Assembly (NCBI GenBank): GCA_963664405.1
Contig: OY761158.1
Span: 3,424,001 to 3,488,000, forward strand
Source: Thermoanaerobaculia bacterium
GTDB taxonomy: Bacteria; Acidobacteriota; Thermoanaerobaculia; Multivoradales; Multivoraceae
DNA: 64,000 nt
Direction of reading: 5' to 3'
Made by a program: the position numbers and the translations under genes. Below the pieces are notes generated by a model. It was not told the DNA's origin. It saw nothing but the letters and a program-made list of their open reading frames with translations, and searched no databases. Each line of letters begins with the position of its first letter. Positions within the stretch are counted from its first letter, which is position 1. Positions 35,701-45,001 of the stretch are shown in pieces.

Positions 35701-37903
35701 TCCGCCGGTCGAAGTGCTACCGATCGACACCGCGGAGTTTCGCGGTGAGCGGTCGGGCAATTTCGCTGTAGACGATCTACAGGATTTACTTCGACTCGTT
35801 GATCCCACGGTCGCGACGCGGACCATTCACTGGGGGAGGAACTACCTCTACGAGGCGCAGCTGGCGACTTCTGCCGGCATGGTTCCGGTGGTGGTGAAGG
35901 TGTTCACGAGCCGGGGGCTTCGAGAGAGCCTGTCTCGTCGCCGTAAGGGAAGCAAAGCACTGCGCAGCTGGCGTGCCTCGTTGGCAATGCTCGAGGCCGG
36001 CGTACCGGTGCCGGAACCCATCGCGCTGCTGGAGTCGATCGATCCCGATGGCCCCTCCTACTTCGTCAGCGCGCTGGTAGAGGGAGTTTTGGAGGCGCGA
36101 TACCTGTTCCGGGCGATGACTGCCCGCCGCGAAAGGGAGCTCTATCCCGACATTCGAGTCGATCTCTTCCTCGAAACTCTCGGCCGGCTCTTGCGCCGTC
36201 TTCACGAGGCCGACCTCTGGCATCGAGATGTCTCGGTCGGCAACATCCTGCTCCGCGAGGACGGGTCGATCGAGGGGGGCGGCCTCTTTCTCCTCGATTT
36301 AAACCGCACTCGAATCGGCACGGCTCTGAGTCGTAGCGAGAGGATGAGGGATCTGAGTCGTCTTCCGCTGGCCCGCCCCGAACACCGCCGCCAGCTGATG
36401 GAAGGCTATTTCGGCAGCTCCCCTGGCGGCCTTGACCGCGCCCTCTTCTTGCTCTACCACCACGGCTTCATCGCCAAGAACCGACTCAAGGAGCCCGTTA
36501 GAGGACTGCGCAAATGGCTGCGAGGCCTGCGCACTCGCTCAGCCCATGTCTACATCCCGGCCCCCGATGCCGGCACTCAAGGCCGCGACCGTGTTGCTTG
36601 GGATCCACTGTCGGACCAGCCGCATTTGCACGCCGGCCGAATGTCCAAGTTGCGAGTTCGTCTTGGTGACGGCGGTGTCCACCTTCGTGAGCTGGGGGTG
36701 CTGGTCCGGGGTCTGCCACCGATCCATCGTCGCTACCGAGAGCTGAAGGAAGGCTTGTACCGCTCACCGATTGCCTGGGGTGAGATGGGAGTCGGGATCC
36801 ATGGAGGGTCAGCGTCTCCACGCCAGCTCGTCGAAGAGCTCGAGGCGCTCGGCTCGCGCCATGTGTTGCTACGCCTTCATCTTTGGGAAGACCAACTGGC
36901 TCGCGACGAGGAATTGGCAAAGGAGCTGCATCGAAGAGGATTCGATGTCGCGCTTGCCGTGCCTCAGAATCGGCAGCTGGTGAAGGACTCCGAGCAGTGG
37001 AGATCCGGGTTGATGGAAGTAGCCGAGCGGTTCGCCGGCGTCGTAACCCACATTCAGGCCGGGCACGCCATCAATCGCAGTAAGTGGGGGATATGGAACC
37101 AGCGAGAGTACTCCCTTCTGATTGCGCAAGCTCGAGACGCCCTCTCATCGATGCCCGGTGTCAAACTGATGGGTCCCGCGGTGATCGATTTCGAGTTTCA
37201 CCAAACCTTAGTGGCGCTCAATTGGCCTGAGAGGGAGGCTCCGCTCGATGTGGTGAGCAGCCTCCTGTATGTCGATCGGCGCGGTGCCCCGGAAAGGGGT
37301 CAGGCCGGTCTGGACACGGTGGACAAAGTGGTTCTGCTCCGGGCTCTGATCCAAGTGTCTCGCGAGGGCGAGCGTCCCTCCTGGATCACCGAAGTGAACT
37401 GGCCTCTGAGAGAGGGACCTCACTCCCCCGCAGGCCGACATGTCGCCGTGGACGAGGAGAGGCAAGCGGACTATCTTGTTCGCTTCTACCTGCTTGCCTT
37501 GGGGACGGGCCTGGTGGAGAGGATCTACTGGTGGCAGCTGGTGGCTCGTGGATACGGCTTGGCGCATGGTGGCGGTGACCTCTTGAAGCGGCGTCCGGCC
37601 TTTGCCGCTCTCAGCTTCATGCACGAAGTGCTCGAGGGTAGCCGCTTTCTCGGACCGCTACCGTCGCCGCTGCCGGTCCGTCTCTATTCTTTCGGGAGTC
37701 GAGACGGCGTCGCCTGGGTAGTAGCGTGGCGGGAGAGTGACGATCAGGGAAACTGGCGTCCCCCGGTGGCGCCTCTCCGCGTCCTTGGTCGCGATGGCGA
37801 TGAGATCGCTGCCACCGGTACCAGCGAGCTGACCTTAAGTGGCTCGCCCACCTATCTAGAGCTCGAGGATCAGGACTGGGAGGCGTGGAGCAGTCCCCGT
37901 TGA
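35672..37903 (+). CDS. Fusion protein: LPS/Kdo-type (WaaP/InaA-like) kinase plus GH-A-clan-like TIM barrel
   Basis: Kinase VVVK, GVPVPEP, LWHRDVSVGNIL, LLDLNR; C-terminal GHAINRSKWG, GPAVIDFE, LLYVDRRGAPE, WITEVNWP, ERIYWWQL. Confidence 0.7.
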   Translation: MSTSTSSSSDPPVEVLPIDTAEFRGERSGNFAVDDLQDLLRLVDPTVATRTIHWGRNYLYEAQLATSAGMVPVVVKVFTSRGLRESLSRRRKGSKALRSWRASLAMLEAGVPVPEPIALLESIDPDGPSYFVSALVEGVLEARYLFRAMTARRERELYPDIRVDLFLETLGRLLRRLHEADLWHRDVSVGNILLREDGSIEGGGLFLLDLNRTRIGTALSRSERMRDLSRLPLARPEHRRQLMEGYFGSSPGGLDRALFLLYHHGFIAKNRLKEPVRGLRKWLRGLRTRSAHVYIPAPDAGTQGRDRVAWDPLSDQPHLHAGRMSKLRVRLGDGGVHLRELGVLVRGLPPIHRRYRELKEGLYRSPIAWGEMGVGIHGGSASPRQLVEELEALGSRHVLLRLHLWEDQLARDEELAKELHRRGFDVALAVPQNRQLVKDSEQWRSGLMEVAERFAGVVTHIQAGHAINRSKWGIWNQREYSLLIAQARDALSSMPGVKLMGPAVIDFEFHQTLVALNWPEREAPLDVVSSLLYVDRRGAPERGQAGLDTVDKVVLLRALIQVSREGERPSWITEVNWPLREGPHSPAGRHVAVDEERQADYLVRFYLLALGTGLVERIYWWQLVARGYGLAHGGGDLLKRRPAFAALSFMHEVLEGSRFLGPLPSPLPVRLYSFGSRDGVAWVVAWRESDDQGNWRPPVAPLRVLGRDGDEIAATGTSELTLSGSPTYLELEDQDWEAWSSPR

Positions 37904-37907
37904 GGGG

Positions 37908-38216
37908 TCAGTCTAGATCGAAGGGGCGGAGCGGCGGCGCGTCGTCGTCGAGCTTTTCAGCTTCCTCCATCGCGGCGCGGAACTTCTCCTCGAGCAGTCG
38001 ATCTCGGTCCTTCATCGCCGCCTTTTCGCGCTCGAAGATCTCTTCGGCTCTCGATTTTTCTGCGTCAAGTCCCTCGAGAAGGGCTTCGAAGGACTTGCCC
38101 TCGGCGATGGCTTGCTTTATGGGCTTGTGGTGGATTACCTCGCCGGTCTCGGCGTCGATCACGAGATCCGCGGAGCACTCTGGGCAGGAGATGCGGTGGG
38201 TGCGATTCGCGGACAC
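37908..38216 (-). CDS. Small hypothetical protein with CPxC motif and coiled coil
   Basis: ISCPECSADLVIDAETGEV, charged helix, ends RPFDLD; TAGGAT -10 box 7 nt before GTG. Confidence 0.7.
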   Translation of the reverse strand: MSANRTHRISCPECSADLVIDAETGEVIHHKPIKQAIAEGKSFEALLEGLDAEKSRAEEIFEREKAAMKDRDRLLEEKFRAAMEEAEKLDDDAPPLRPFDLD

Positions 38217-38341
38217 GATGAAGATCCTATCGCAGCGCCGGAGCGCCGCACGGCTGCTCAGACCCACTACACTATGCCCTAGCTCGAGCGGCTCGCAGAG
38301 CAAGAGCGTTTTGCGCAAGCGATTGGGGACGGAGTGAGACG

Positions 38342-39139
38342 TTGACGATTGCAGGAAGAATCTTCAAACGGCGTGGGCTACTGGCGGTAATGACCATCAG
38401 GGAGCTCAAGGCGCGGTATCGCGGTTCTGCTCTAGGCTTTCTCTGGTCGTTGGTGAATCCTCTGCTCTTGCTCGGTGTCTACTCGTTTGTTTTCAGCCTG
38501 GTTTTTCAGCCCCGAGTGGAGGGAGCGAATCCTTATCCCCTGTTTCTCGTCACCGGTCTCTTTCCTTGGTTCTGGCTCTCCTCGTCGATTGCTGAGGGTA
38601 CGTCTTCTCTGATCAGCAATGCCAGCTTGATCCGGCGCTCGGTCTTTCCCACCGAGCTACTCCCCCTGGTTCCCGTGCTTTCGAACCTTGTCAACTTCGC
38701 ATTCTCTCTTCCCATCGTCGTGCTCGGCTTGATTCTCGGCCAATTCGCCGGTCACTCCGTCGGCGGACCCGGATTCGCGGCCCTCGTCCTGGTCGTTCTT
38801 GTCCAGCTGCCGATGTTGGCGGGTTTGTGTCTGGGCCTCGGCGCACTGGCGGTCCACTTCAAGGACGTGAGAGACATTGTCGCCAACGTACTGACTGTGT
38901 GCTTTTTCATGACTCCGATTCTGTACTCTCTCGACGGGGTGCCTCATCGCTCTCTTCGTGTATTGATCCAGCTCAATCCGTTTACCCCTTTCGTTCTTGC
39001 CTATCAGGAGACGCTCTTCCGCGGTGTTGTTCCGGGGCTGGCTCTTTGGGGAGAGATGATTCTTGCGTCAGTCTTCTTTTGGTTGCTCGGAGCCTGGCTC
39101 TTCGACCGGCTCAGTGAGACGTTGATCGAGGCCGTGTAG
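38342..39139 (+). CDS. wzm: Polysaccharide ABC-2 transporter permease Wzm
   Basis: RELKARYRGSALGFLWSL, FPTELLP, TPILY, LNP. Confidence 0.9.
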   Translation: MTIAGRIFKRRGLLAVMTIRELKARYRGSALGFLWSLVNPLLLLGVYSFVFSLVFQPRVEGANPYPLFLVTGLFPWFWLSSSIAEGTSSLISNASLIRRSVFPTELLPLVPVLSNLVNFAFSLPIVVLGLILGQFAGHSVGGPGFAALVLVVLVQLPMLAGLCLGLGALAVHFKDVRDIVANVLTVCFFMTPILYSLDGVPHRSLRVLIQLNPFTPFVLAYQETLFRGVVPGLALWGEMILASVFFWLLGAWLFDRLSETLIEAV

Positions 39140-39161
39140 TCGTGACAGTCGGAGACCGATC

Positions 39162-40466
39162 GTGACAGACACCGCGGTACGTGTGGCCGGGGTTCACAAG
39201 AGTTTTCGCCGAGTTGCCTCGGGGTATGCCTTTCGTACTCTCAAAAGTGCATTGGTCAGCCGTAGCTTGGTGCAGGATCTCCGTCCCGAGGAGGCAATCC
39301 GCGCCTTGGAGGGAATCAGCTTCGAGGTGACGAAAGGGGAGGCCGTTGCGCTGATCGGGAGCAATGGATCGGGAAAGTCTACCCTTCTCAAGATCATTGC
39401 TGGGCTGCTTCGGCCGACCGTTGGAACGATCGAGCTGAGCGGACGGGTGGCGGCCCTGATCGAGCTCGGGGCGGGCTTTCATCCCGAGATTTCCGGCCGG
39501 GAGAATGTCTTCATCAACGGTGCGGTCCTGGGGCTCGATCGTCGCGAGATCGAGGCTCGCTACGATGAGATTGTGAGCTTCGCGGGCCTCCACGACTTCA
39601 TGGAGGAGCCGGTGAAGAACTATTCATCCGGCATGTACGTCCGGCTCGGCTTCTCGGTCGCGATCCATACTGATCCGGAGATTCTGTTAGTGGACGAGGT
39701 GCTTGCCGTCGGTGACGAAGCCTTCTCTCACCGCTGTCTGCGCAAGATAGAGGAGTTTCTCGGTCGCGGCAGGACCCTGTTGTTGGTGAGTCATGACCTC
39801 GGCCTGGTGGAAGAGCTCTGCGATCGTGCGATATGGCTTGATGGCGGCACACTACGGGCGTCGGGCCCTCCCCGACAAGTGATCGATGGCTATCGGGAGG
39901 CGGTTGCCGATGCCGAAGCCCAAGAGCATCTAGATGCGAAAGGCGCCGAGGACGACCCGGTACGGGAGTCGGCGGAGGATCTCTCGAGCGCCGGGGAGGG
40001 GGCGCTTCGTTGGGGCTCTGGCGTAGCCGAGATTACGAGCGCCCGGTTGCTCGACGCCACGGGGAGCGAGACCTATCATCTGAGGAGCGGCTCGGCGGCG
40101 AGCTTCGAGGCGAAAGTGACAGCCCTAGAGCCCCTCGACGACCTGGTGTTCGGGATTGGCATCTTTACCCCTCGGGGTACCGAGTGCTGGGGTACGAACA
40201 CCGACCTCGGGGGCATCGTGCTCAGTACCCGTAGCGGCTCGTCCACTATTACTGTCGATTGCCCCGATCTTCGATTGGCGCCTGGCGAGTATTTCGTGGA
40301 CCTGGCAGTTCATGCCCGCGATGGTGCGCCATACGACTATCGGCGCAGAGTGTTCGCCTTCTCCGTGACCGCCAGTGACCGTGGGGTCGGACTCTACTTT
40401 CCGCGCCACGAATGGCGCTTTTCCGCTGAGCTGCGCTCAGGGCAGCGAGGAGCCGAAGAGGAGTGA
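39162..40466 (+). CDS. wzt: Polysaccharide ABC transporter ATPase Wzt with C-terminal Wzt_C domain
   Basis: GSNGSGKST, YSSGMYVRLGF, VDEVLAVGD, RWGSG..LAPGEY C-terminal domain. Confidence 0.92.
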   Translation: MTDTAVRVAGVHKSFRRVASGYAFRTLKSALVSRSLVQDLRPEEAIRALEGISFEVTKGEAVALIGSNGSGKSTLLKIIAGLLRPTVGTIELSGRVAALIELGAGFHPEISGRENVFINGAVLGLDRREIEARYDEIVSFAGLHDFMEEPVKNYSSGMYVRLGFSVAIHTDPEILLVDEVLAVGDEAFSHRCLRKIEEFLGRGRTLLLVSHDLGLVEELCDRAIWLDGGTLRASGPPRQVIDGYREAVADAEAQEHLDAKGAEDDPVRESAEDLSSAGEGALRWGSGVAEITSARLLDATGSETYHLRSGSAASFEAKVTALEPLDDLVFGIGIFTPRGTECWGTNTDLGGIVLSTRSGSSTITVDCPDLRLAPGEYFVDLAVHARDGAPYDYRRRVFAFSVTASDRGVGLYFPRHEWRFSAELRSGQRGAEEE

Positions 40467-40467
40467 G

Positions 40468-40752
40468 ATGACAGAAGCCCAGAAGGGAGCTATCAATATC
40501 AAGATCGGTGACGACGAGCAGAAGGGGCGCTATTGCAACCTGCTGCGGATTGCTCATACCCGTGAGGAATTCATCTTGGACTTCATCAACCTGGTTCCGC
40601 CGCAGGGGGTGGTGACCGCGCGAATCCTCACCTCGCCCGGGCATATGAAGCGGATCATCGGCGCACTTCAGTCGAACCTGCAGCGTTATGAAGAGGCCTA
40701 TGGAGAGATTCAAGCAGCGCCCGAGCCTACGGCGGACGGTGCCGTCAATTGA
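40468..40752 (+). CDS. DUF3467-like small protein
   Basis: GRYCN...HTREEFILDF...ARILTSPGHMKR..YEEAYGEI pattern. Confidence 0.75.
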   Translation: MTEAQKGAINIKIGDDEQKGRYCNLLRIAHTREEFILDFINLVPPQGVVTARILTSPGHMKRIIGALQSNLQRYEEAYGEIQAAPEPTADGAVN

Positions 40753-40833
40753 ATTGCGTGCCGTGTTGGTGCTGACGATATACTCGAGGGGTCGTTGCTG
40801 GCCGGCTGCGGACAACGCCCGAAGGAGCTTGAG

Positions 40834-41726
40834 TTGACCGTAGCTGGTTCGACCGAAAAGGCTTATACGCAGACCGAATGGGATCTGTCCCAGCTTTTCT
40901 CCGGCACCGATGATCCGCAAATTGACGAGGCGCTAGGGTCGCTCGAAGAAAGCGTATCCGAGCTGGAGTCTCGGCGTGACGCGTTGGACCAGGCGAGCGG
41001 GGGCGAGCTTCGAGACACGCTACAGCTCTACGAGCGGATCATCGAGAAGATGACCGTCCTCGGTGCTTTTGCCGGTCTCCGCTTCTCGGCCGACACTCAA
41101 GATGGCGAGGCGCTCAGCCTGCGCAACCGCGTCGAGCACGAGCTCACGGCCTTCGAGAACCGCGTCCTCTTCCTCCCGCTTTGGTGGAAGGCTCTTTCGG
41201 AGAGCAGAGCGAAGAAGTTGAGCGAGGGTGCCGACCTCGATCATGACCTCAGCTTCTATCTCGAGCACCAGCGTCGTCTGCGTCAGTACTCTGTCGACGA
41301 GGCGGCTGAGCAGCTCATCAATACCAAGGACGCGGACGGTGTAGGCGGCCTGCTCACCCTTCATTCGATGCTGACCAACCGACTCAGCTTCACGCTGCGG
41401 GTGGACGGCGAAGCCAAGGAGCTCACCCGAGACGAGCTCATGGTCCATGTCGCCTCTCCTAGAGCAGACCTGCGGCAGCAGTCTTATCAGGAACTGGGAC
41501 GAGTTCTCGAGCGAGAGGCACAGGTCCTGTCGCAGATCTACTCTCACCGAGTGCGCGACTGGCACAACGAGAATGTGAACCTGCGCGGCTATGCCTCTCC
41601 TCTTGCTGTAAGAAACGTTGCCAACGATGTGCCCGACGCGGCGGTGACGGCTCTGCTGGAGACTGCGGAGCGCAACACCGGAGTGTTTCATCGCTATTTC
41701 CGACTCAAGGCCTCCTGGCTAGGTAG
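40834..41726 (+). pseudogene. pepF: Oligoendopeptidase F (M3 family), 5' half, interrupted by IS21 element
   Basis: WDLSQLF, FSADTQD, NDVPD..VFHRYFRLKA; frame rejoins 45053+ as W-L-G-S-D-R-L once IS and one target duplication are removed. Confidence 0.9.
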
Positions 41727-41738
41727 TGTTATCGGCGG

Positions 41739-42092
41739 TCATAAAGTGCGGGATTCCGGCTGTGTAGTGGCGCTTTTGGTTTCATCCTCCTCGAGAAGGG
41801 ACCGGTGCCGAAGGAGGATGTAGCGGACGTATTGAGGGTCGAGCTCGTCGTTGGTCAGGGCTCGATGTACGGAGCGGTAGTAGGCAAGTGAGTGAATCTG
41901 CGGCAGCGGATCGGTGCTGAGGCGCCGTCGCAAGGTGGCGAGTCGAATGGCATGGGCAAGCTCTTCGAGGGGGACGTTGGCTTGATAGAGCTTGTCGGCG
42001 ATGGCCCAGTCTCGGCGCCGAGGTCTAGGCGGGGTTTTAGGAGCGTCGAGGTAGAGGCGGATGAGCTCGGCGCGATACTCCTGTCGGATCAC
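41739..42092 (-). CDS. IS-borne accessory ORF downstream of istB (117 aa, helical, unknown function)
   Basis: GTGA overlap with istB stop; stop codon lies inside the terminal IR; LYLDAPKTP..AIRLATLRR..IHSLAYY. Confidence 0.7.
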   Translation of the reverse strand: MIRQEYRAELIRLYLDAPKTPPRPRRRDWAIADKLYQANVPLEELAHAIRLATLRRRLSTDPLPQIHSLAYYRSVHRALTNDELDPQYVRYILLRHRSLLEEDETKSATTQPESRTL

Positions 42093-42862
42093 GAGGTCTT
42101 CGCACTGCGCCGTCGAGGGCGAGTGCCGCTTCGGCGGGCCGAAGCGCGCTTCTTGGCGTGCTCCTTGGACTCCTTGAGCCGATAGGAATCGCCCTCGATG
42201 TTGACGAGCTCGCAGCGATGGACGAGGCGATCGACGATGGTGACGACGGTAGTAGCGTTGGGGAAGACCTCTCCCCATTCTCCAAAGGACTTGTTTGTGG
42301 TGATGAGAAGGGACTTATTTTCGTACCTGCGGGAAACGACCTCGAAAAGTAGATCGGCGTGGCGCGTGTCGTAGGACAGATATCCGAGCTCGTCAATGCA
42401 GAGCAGGGATGGGCGCGCAAAGAGCGCGAGCTTGCGCTGAAGGCTGGTCGAGGAGTCTTGTTCGGCGAGGGTGTTGAGCAGCTCCGAGGCGGTGAGGAAT
42501 CGGGCGGTGGCTCCACGTAGTACGGCTTGATGGGCGAGATTCTTGGCAATGAGCGTCTTGCCGATGCCGTTTGGCCCTATCAAGACAGCGTTGTGCCCTC
42601 GGGCGAGCCACTCGAGCCGAAAGAGATCTTCGATCTGCTCGCGGTCGATCTTCTTGGGCCAATTCCAGTCGAAGTCGGCCAGCGGCTTGAAGGTGCCGAG
42701 CCGGGCCCGACCCAGGCGTCGCTCCAGTCCGCGACGGGCTCGCTCCTGCTCTTCCCAGTCGAGCAGGTCGGGGAGCCAGGGTTGGTTGGCGACCTCATCC
42801 CAGTGGGCTAGGAGGCCATGGAGTTTCAGGGCTGTGGCACGCTCTTGGTCGGTGTTGTTCAT
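42089..42862 (-). CDS. istB: IS21 helper AAA+ ATPase IstB
   Basis: FDWNW, Walker A GPNGIGKT, Walker B LCIDELGY, ITTN..W, DRLVH, GDSYR. Confidence 0.96.
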   Translation of the reverse strand: MNNTDQERATALKLHGLLAHWDEVANQPWLPDLLDWEEQERARRGLERRLGRARLGTFKPLADFDWNWPKKIDREQIEDLFRLEWLARGHNAVLIGPNGIGKTLIAKNLAHQAVLRGATARFLTASELLNTLAEQDSSTSLQRKLALFARPSLLCIDELGYLSYDTRHADLLFEVVSRRYENKSLLITTNKSFGEWGEVFPNATTVVTIVDRLVHRCELVNIEGDSYRLKESKEHAKKRASARRSGTRPRRRSAKTS

Positions 42863-44358
42863 TCGTCGTCCTCCTCGTCGTTGGGGTTGTCGTAGTCGGC
42901 CAGTGCATGGGGAGTGACCGTGAGCTCCCGGATCCTGGGATCGTCGGGGAGCTGGACAGGCAGCGCGGGTAGGAGTCCCCGCTCGTGGCGCCGACGATCG
43001 AGGATGAGTCGCACCGCTTCGGGATGCGGGGATCCTTTTTCGAGGGCCTCGTCGATCGCCACTGCAAGCTCCCTGGGTCCACTCTCGGCAAGGAGCTCGA
43101 GGAGTCTGGCGACGGCACTCGAGAGTCGTCTCTGCCGTCGGGCCAGCTCCCGCAGGAGCTCTTCGGCCTGGGGCACCGTACGCAGCAGGTAGTCCTGGCC
43201 GCGCTGTGTACGTGCCTCGCGTTTCTGTCGTTCCAGCTCTTCTAGGTGACGGGGGTCTTCGATGATCTGGCCCTTGTCCCAGGACCTTGTGTGCTCGGCG
43301 ATGAGCTGCTCGCGATCGAAGATGCGCACACGCTCCGGGTCTGCGGCGATCTGTAGCGAGCGGGCGATGCGATCATGCGGGATCGAGTAGCGATTCGCAT
43401 CGAAGCTCAGGTAAGGAGTGCGCCGCGTGATCCGCTCGACCCATTCGTGGCAGGGGAAAGGCTGCGCCGGAAGGCTCACGAGATGAGAGCGCTCCTCGAG
43501 ATAGGCCTGCTCGACGGTGCGACGCCGGTCCTGGGGCCACGGGCGCTTCATCGCTCGGTCGCGACACCACTCCAGAGCGTCCCGGTTCAGCGCTTCTCTG
43601 TCCCAGGTGCGACGCAGCGGAAAGAAGGAAGTTCTGACAAAACGAATGGCTCGTTCGACGCGACCTTTTTCATTTCCTCGTCTGGGAGCAACGGGCCTTG
43701 GATCAAAGCCGTAGAAGTCGGCGAGCTCGAGAAGCCGTGGATGAAAGCGAATGGCGCTGCGGCGCCGCTCGAGCACAGCGCTGCGCAGATTGTCGTAGAG
43801 GTGGATCTTGGCCAGACCCTCAAAGAAGGAGAAGGCGAGGACATGCCCGGTCAGGAAGCTCGGCAGACGAGCGTCGTAGAAGAAGTGCAGAAAGAGAGCT
43901 CGCGAGTAGCTCAGCACCATGACGAAGGCGTAGAGACGGCGCTCTCCGCCATCGACCTTTCGGGTGCCGAAGTGAGCCCAGTCCACCTGGGCCTGTTCGC
44001 CGGCAAGCGTACGGAGCACAAAGAAAGCCTCAGGCGCCTTGCGGGGGCGCAGGCCGAGCTCGGCAATGCAGTGGCGGAAGTGATCCTCCCCACCGGGATA
44101 GTCACGCTTCTTGACCATCTCGTAGAGCACGCTCGCCGGCAGCTCCGGGTAGCGCTCAAAGACTTCCTGGATGAAGGGGACGAAGCGATCGACCATGGAC
44201 GCTCGTCGCGGCGATCGAGGCCGGCTCAGCCCTTCGCGTCGAAGGACTCGAGTGACCGTCGAGTGATGGATTCCCAGATGGCGGGCGATCGTGTTGCGCC
44301 GCCAGCCCTCCGACTCATAGAGACGGCGGATCTCGGCGGCGAGCTCGGGAGAGATCAT
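42859..44358 (-). CDS. istA: IS21 transposase IstA
   Basis: N-terminal HTH IARHLGIHHSTV, GEQAQVDW, LSYSR, YDN, EKGRVERAIRFVR, NRYSIP. Confidence 0.96.
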   Translation of the reverse strand: MISPELAAEIRRLYESEGWRRNTIARHLGIHHSTVTRVLRREGLSRPRSPRRASMVDRFVPFIQEVFERYPELPASVLYEMVKKRDYPGGEDHFRHCIAELGLRPRKAPEAFFVLRTLAGEQAQVDWAHFGTRKVDGGERRLYAFVMVLSYSRALFLHFFYDARLPSFLTGHVLAFSFFEGLAKIHLYDNLRSAVLERRRSAIRFHPRLLELADFYGFDPRPVAPRRGNEKGRVERAIRFVRTSFFPLRRTWDREALNRDALEWCRDRAMKRPWPQDRRRTVEQAYLEERSHLVSLPAQPFPCHEWVERITRRTPYLSFDANRYSIPHDRIARSLQIAADPERVRIFDREQLIAEHTRSWDKGQIIEDPRHLEELERQKREARTQRGQDYLLRTVPQAEELLRELARRQRRLSSAVARLLELLAESGPRELAVAIDEALEKGSPHPEAVRLILDRRRHERGLLPALPVQLPDDPRIRELTVTPHALADYDNPNDEEDDE

Positions 44359-44806
44359 CCCGCGCCCGCCTGCGCACCGGGCGTACTCGGCGCGATCGCA
44401 AGAAGTCGTGGCGGACAATCGGCTCGCAAGGATGGCGGCACAGCCTGCAGAGAAGCTCCTCGTTCCGACCTCCAACGGACAAGCCTTGCAAAAACAACGG
44501 AAGCGGCGCGGTGGGCCATGACGCCACCGTCGCAGGGCAGCCCCCGGTGCGGCAACTGTGATGCGTCACTTTCTTTGAGCCTTGCTGCTTGCGATCTCGA
44601 TAGGCCTGCTGACGACGAGCATGCAAGCGGCGCCCTCGCGGCGTCTGCTGATAGCGACGCCCGGCCCCGCGAAGGCTGTGGCGCCGAGCCTCATCCCGGC
44701 ACTCCGGCGTGCAATAACGATGGCCGCGATCGCACCAAGAGCAAATGTAGACAGCTTGCCGGCAACGATCGCAAACGAAACGGCGACAATCGGGACGGCG
44801 GCGCAC
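44315..44806 (-). CDS. IS-borne Cys/Arg-rich accessory ORF upstream of istA (putative zinc finger)
   Basis: CDRC..ICSWCDRGHRYCTPEC, basic helix, C-terminal CRLC; AAGGAGG 8 nt upstream of GTG 44806. Confidence 0.72.
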   Translation of the reverse strand: MRRRPDCRRFVCDRCRQAVYICSWCDRGHRYCTPECRDEARRHSLRGAGRRYQQTPRGRRLHARRQQAYRDRKQQGSKKVTHHSCRTGGCPATVASWPTAPLPLFLQGLSVGGRNEELLCRLCRHPCEPIVRHDFLRSRRVRPVRRRARDDLSRARRRDPPSL

Positions 44807-44809
44807 GGC

Positions 44810-45001
44810 CCAGGCCTCCTTCGGCCTGGACTTCGCCACCCGCAGGCGGAATACTCCCTCTTCTGGGGCGTCATACCCCAGGCCTTCCGGCGGTGGGCGG
44901 TCACCTTGCTTGGAGTCGCCCCCGCCGGTCTCCCCATACTCCCACCTGCCACGCTGCTCGCGCGCTCGCGCGCGACGATGATGCTGAAGAGACTCTCAGC
45001 A
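44810..45001 (-). promoter_or_regulatory. Hairpin-rich non-coding leader of the IS21 operon
   Basis: Stems at 44810-29 (covers the SD), 44863-81, 44887-928, 44958-75, 44982-45001. Confidence 0.45.
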
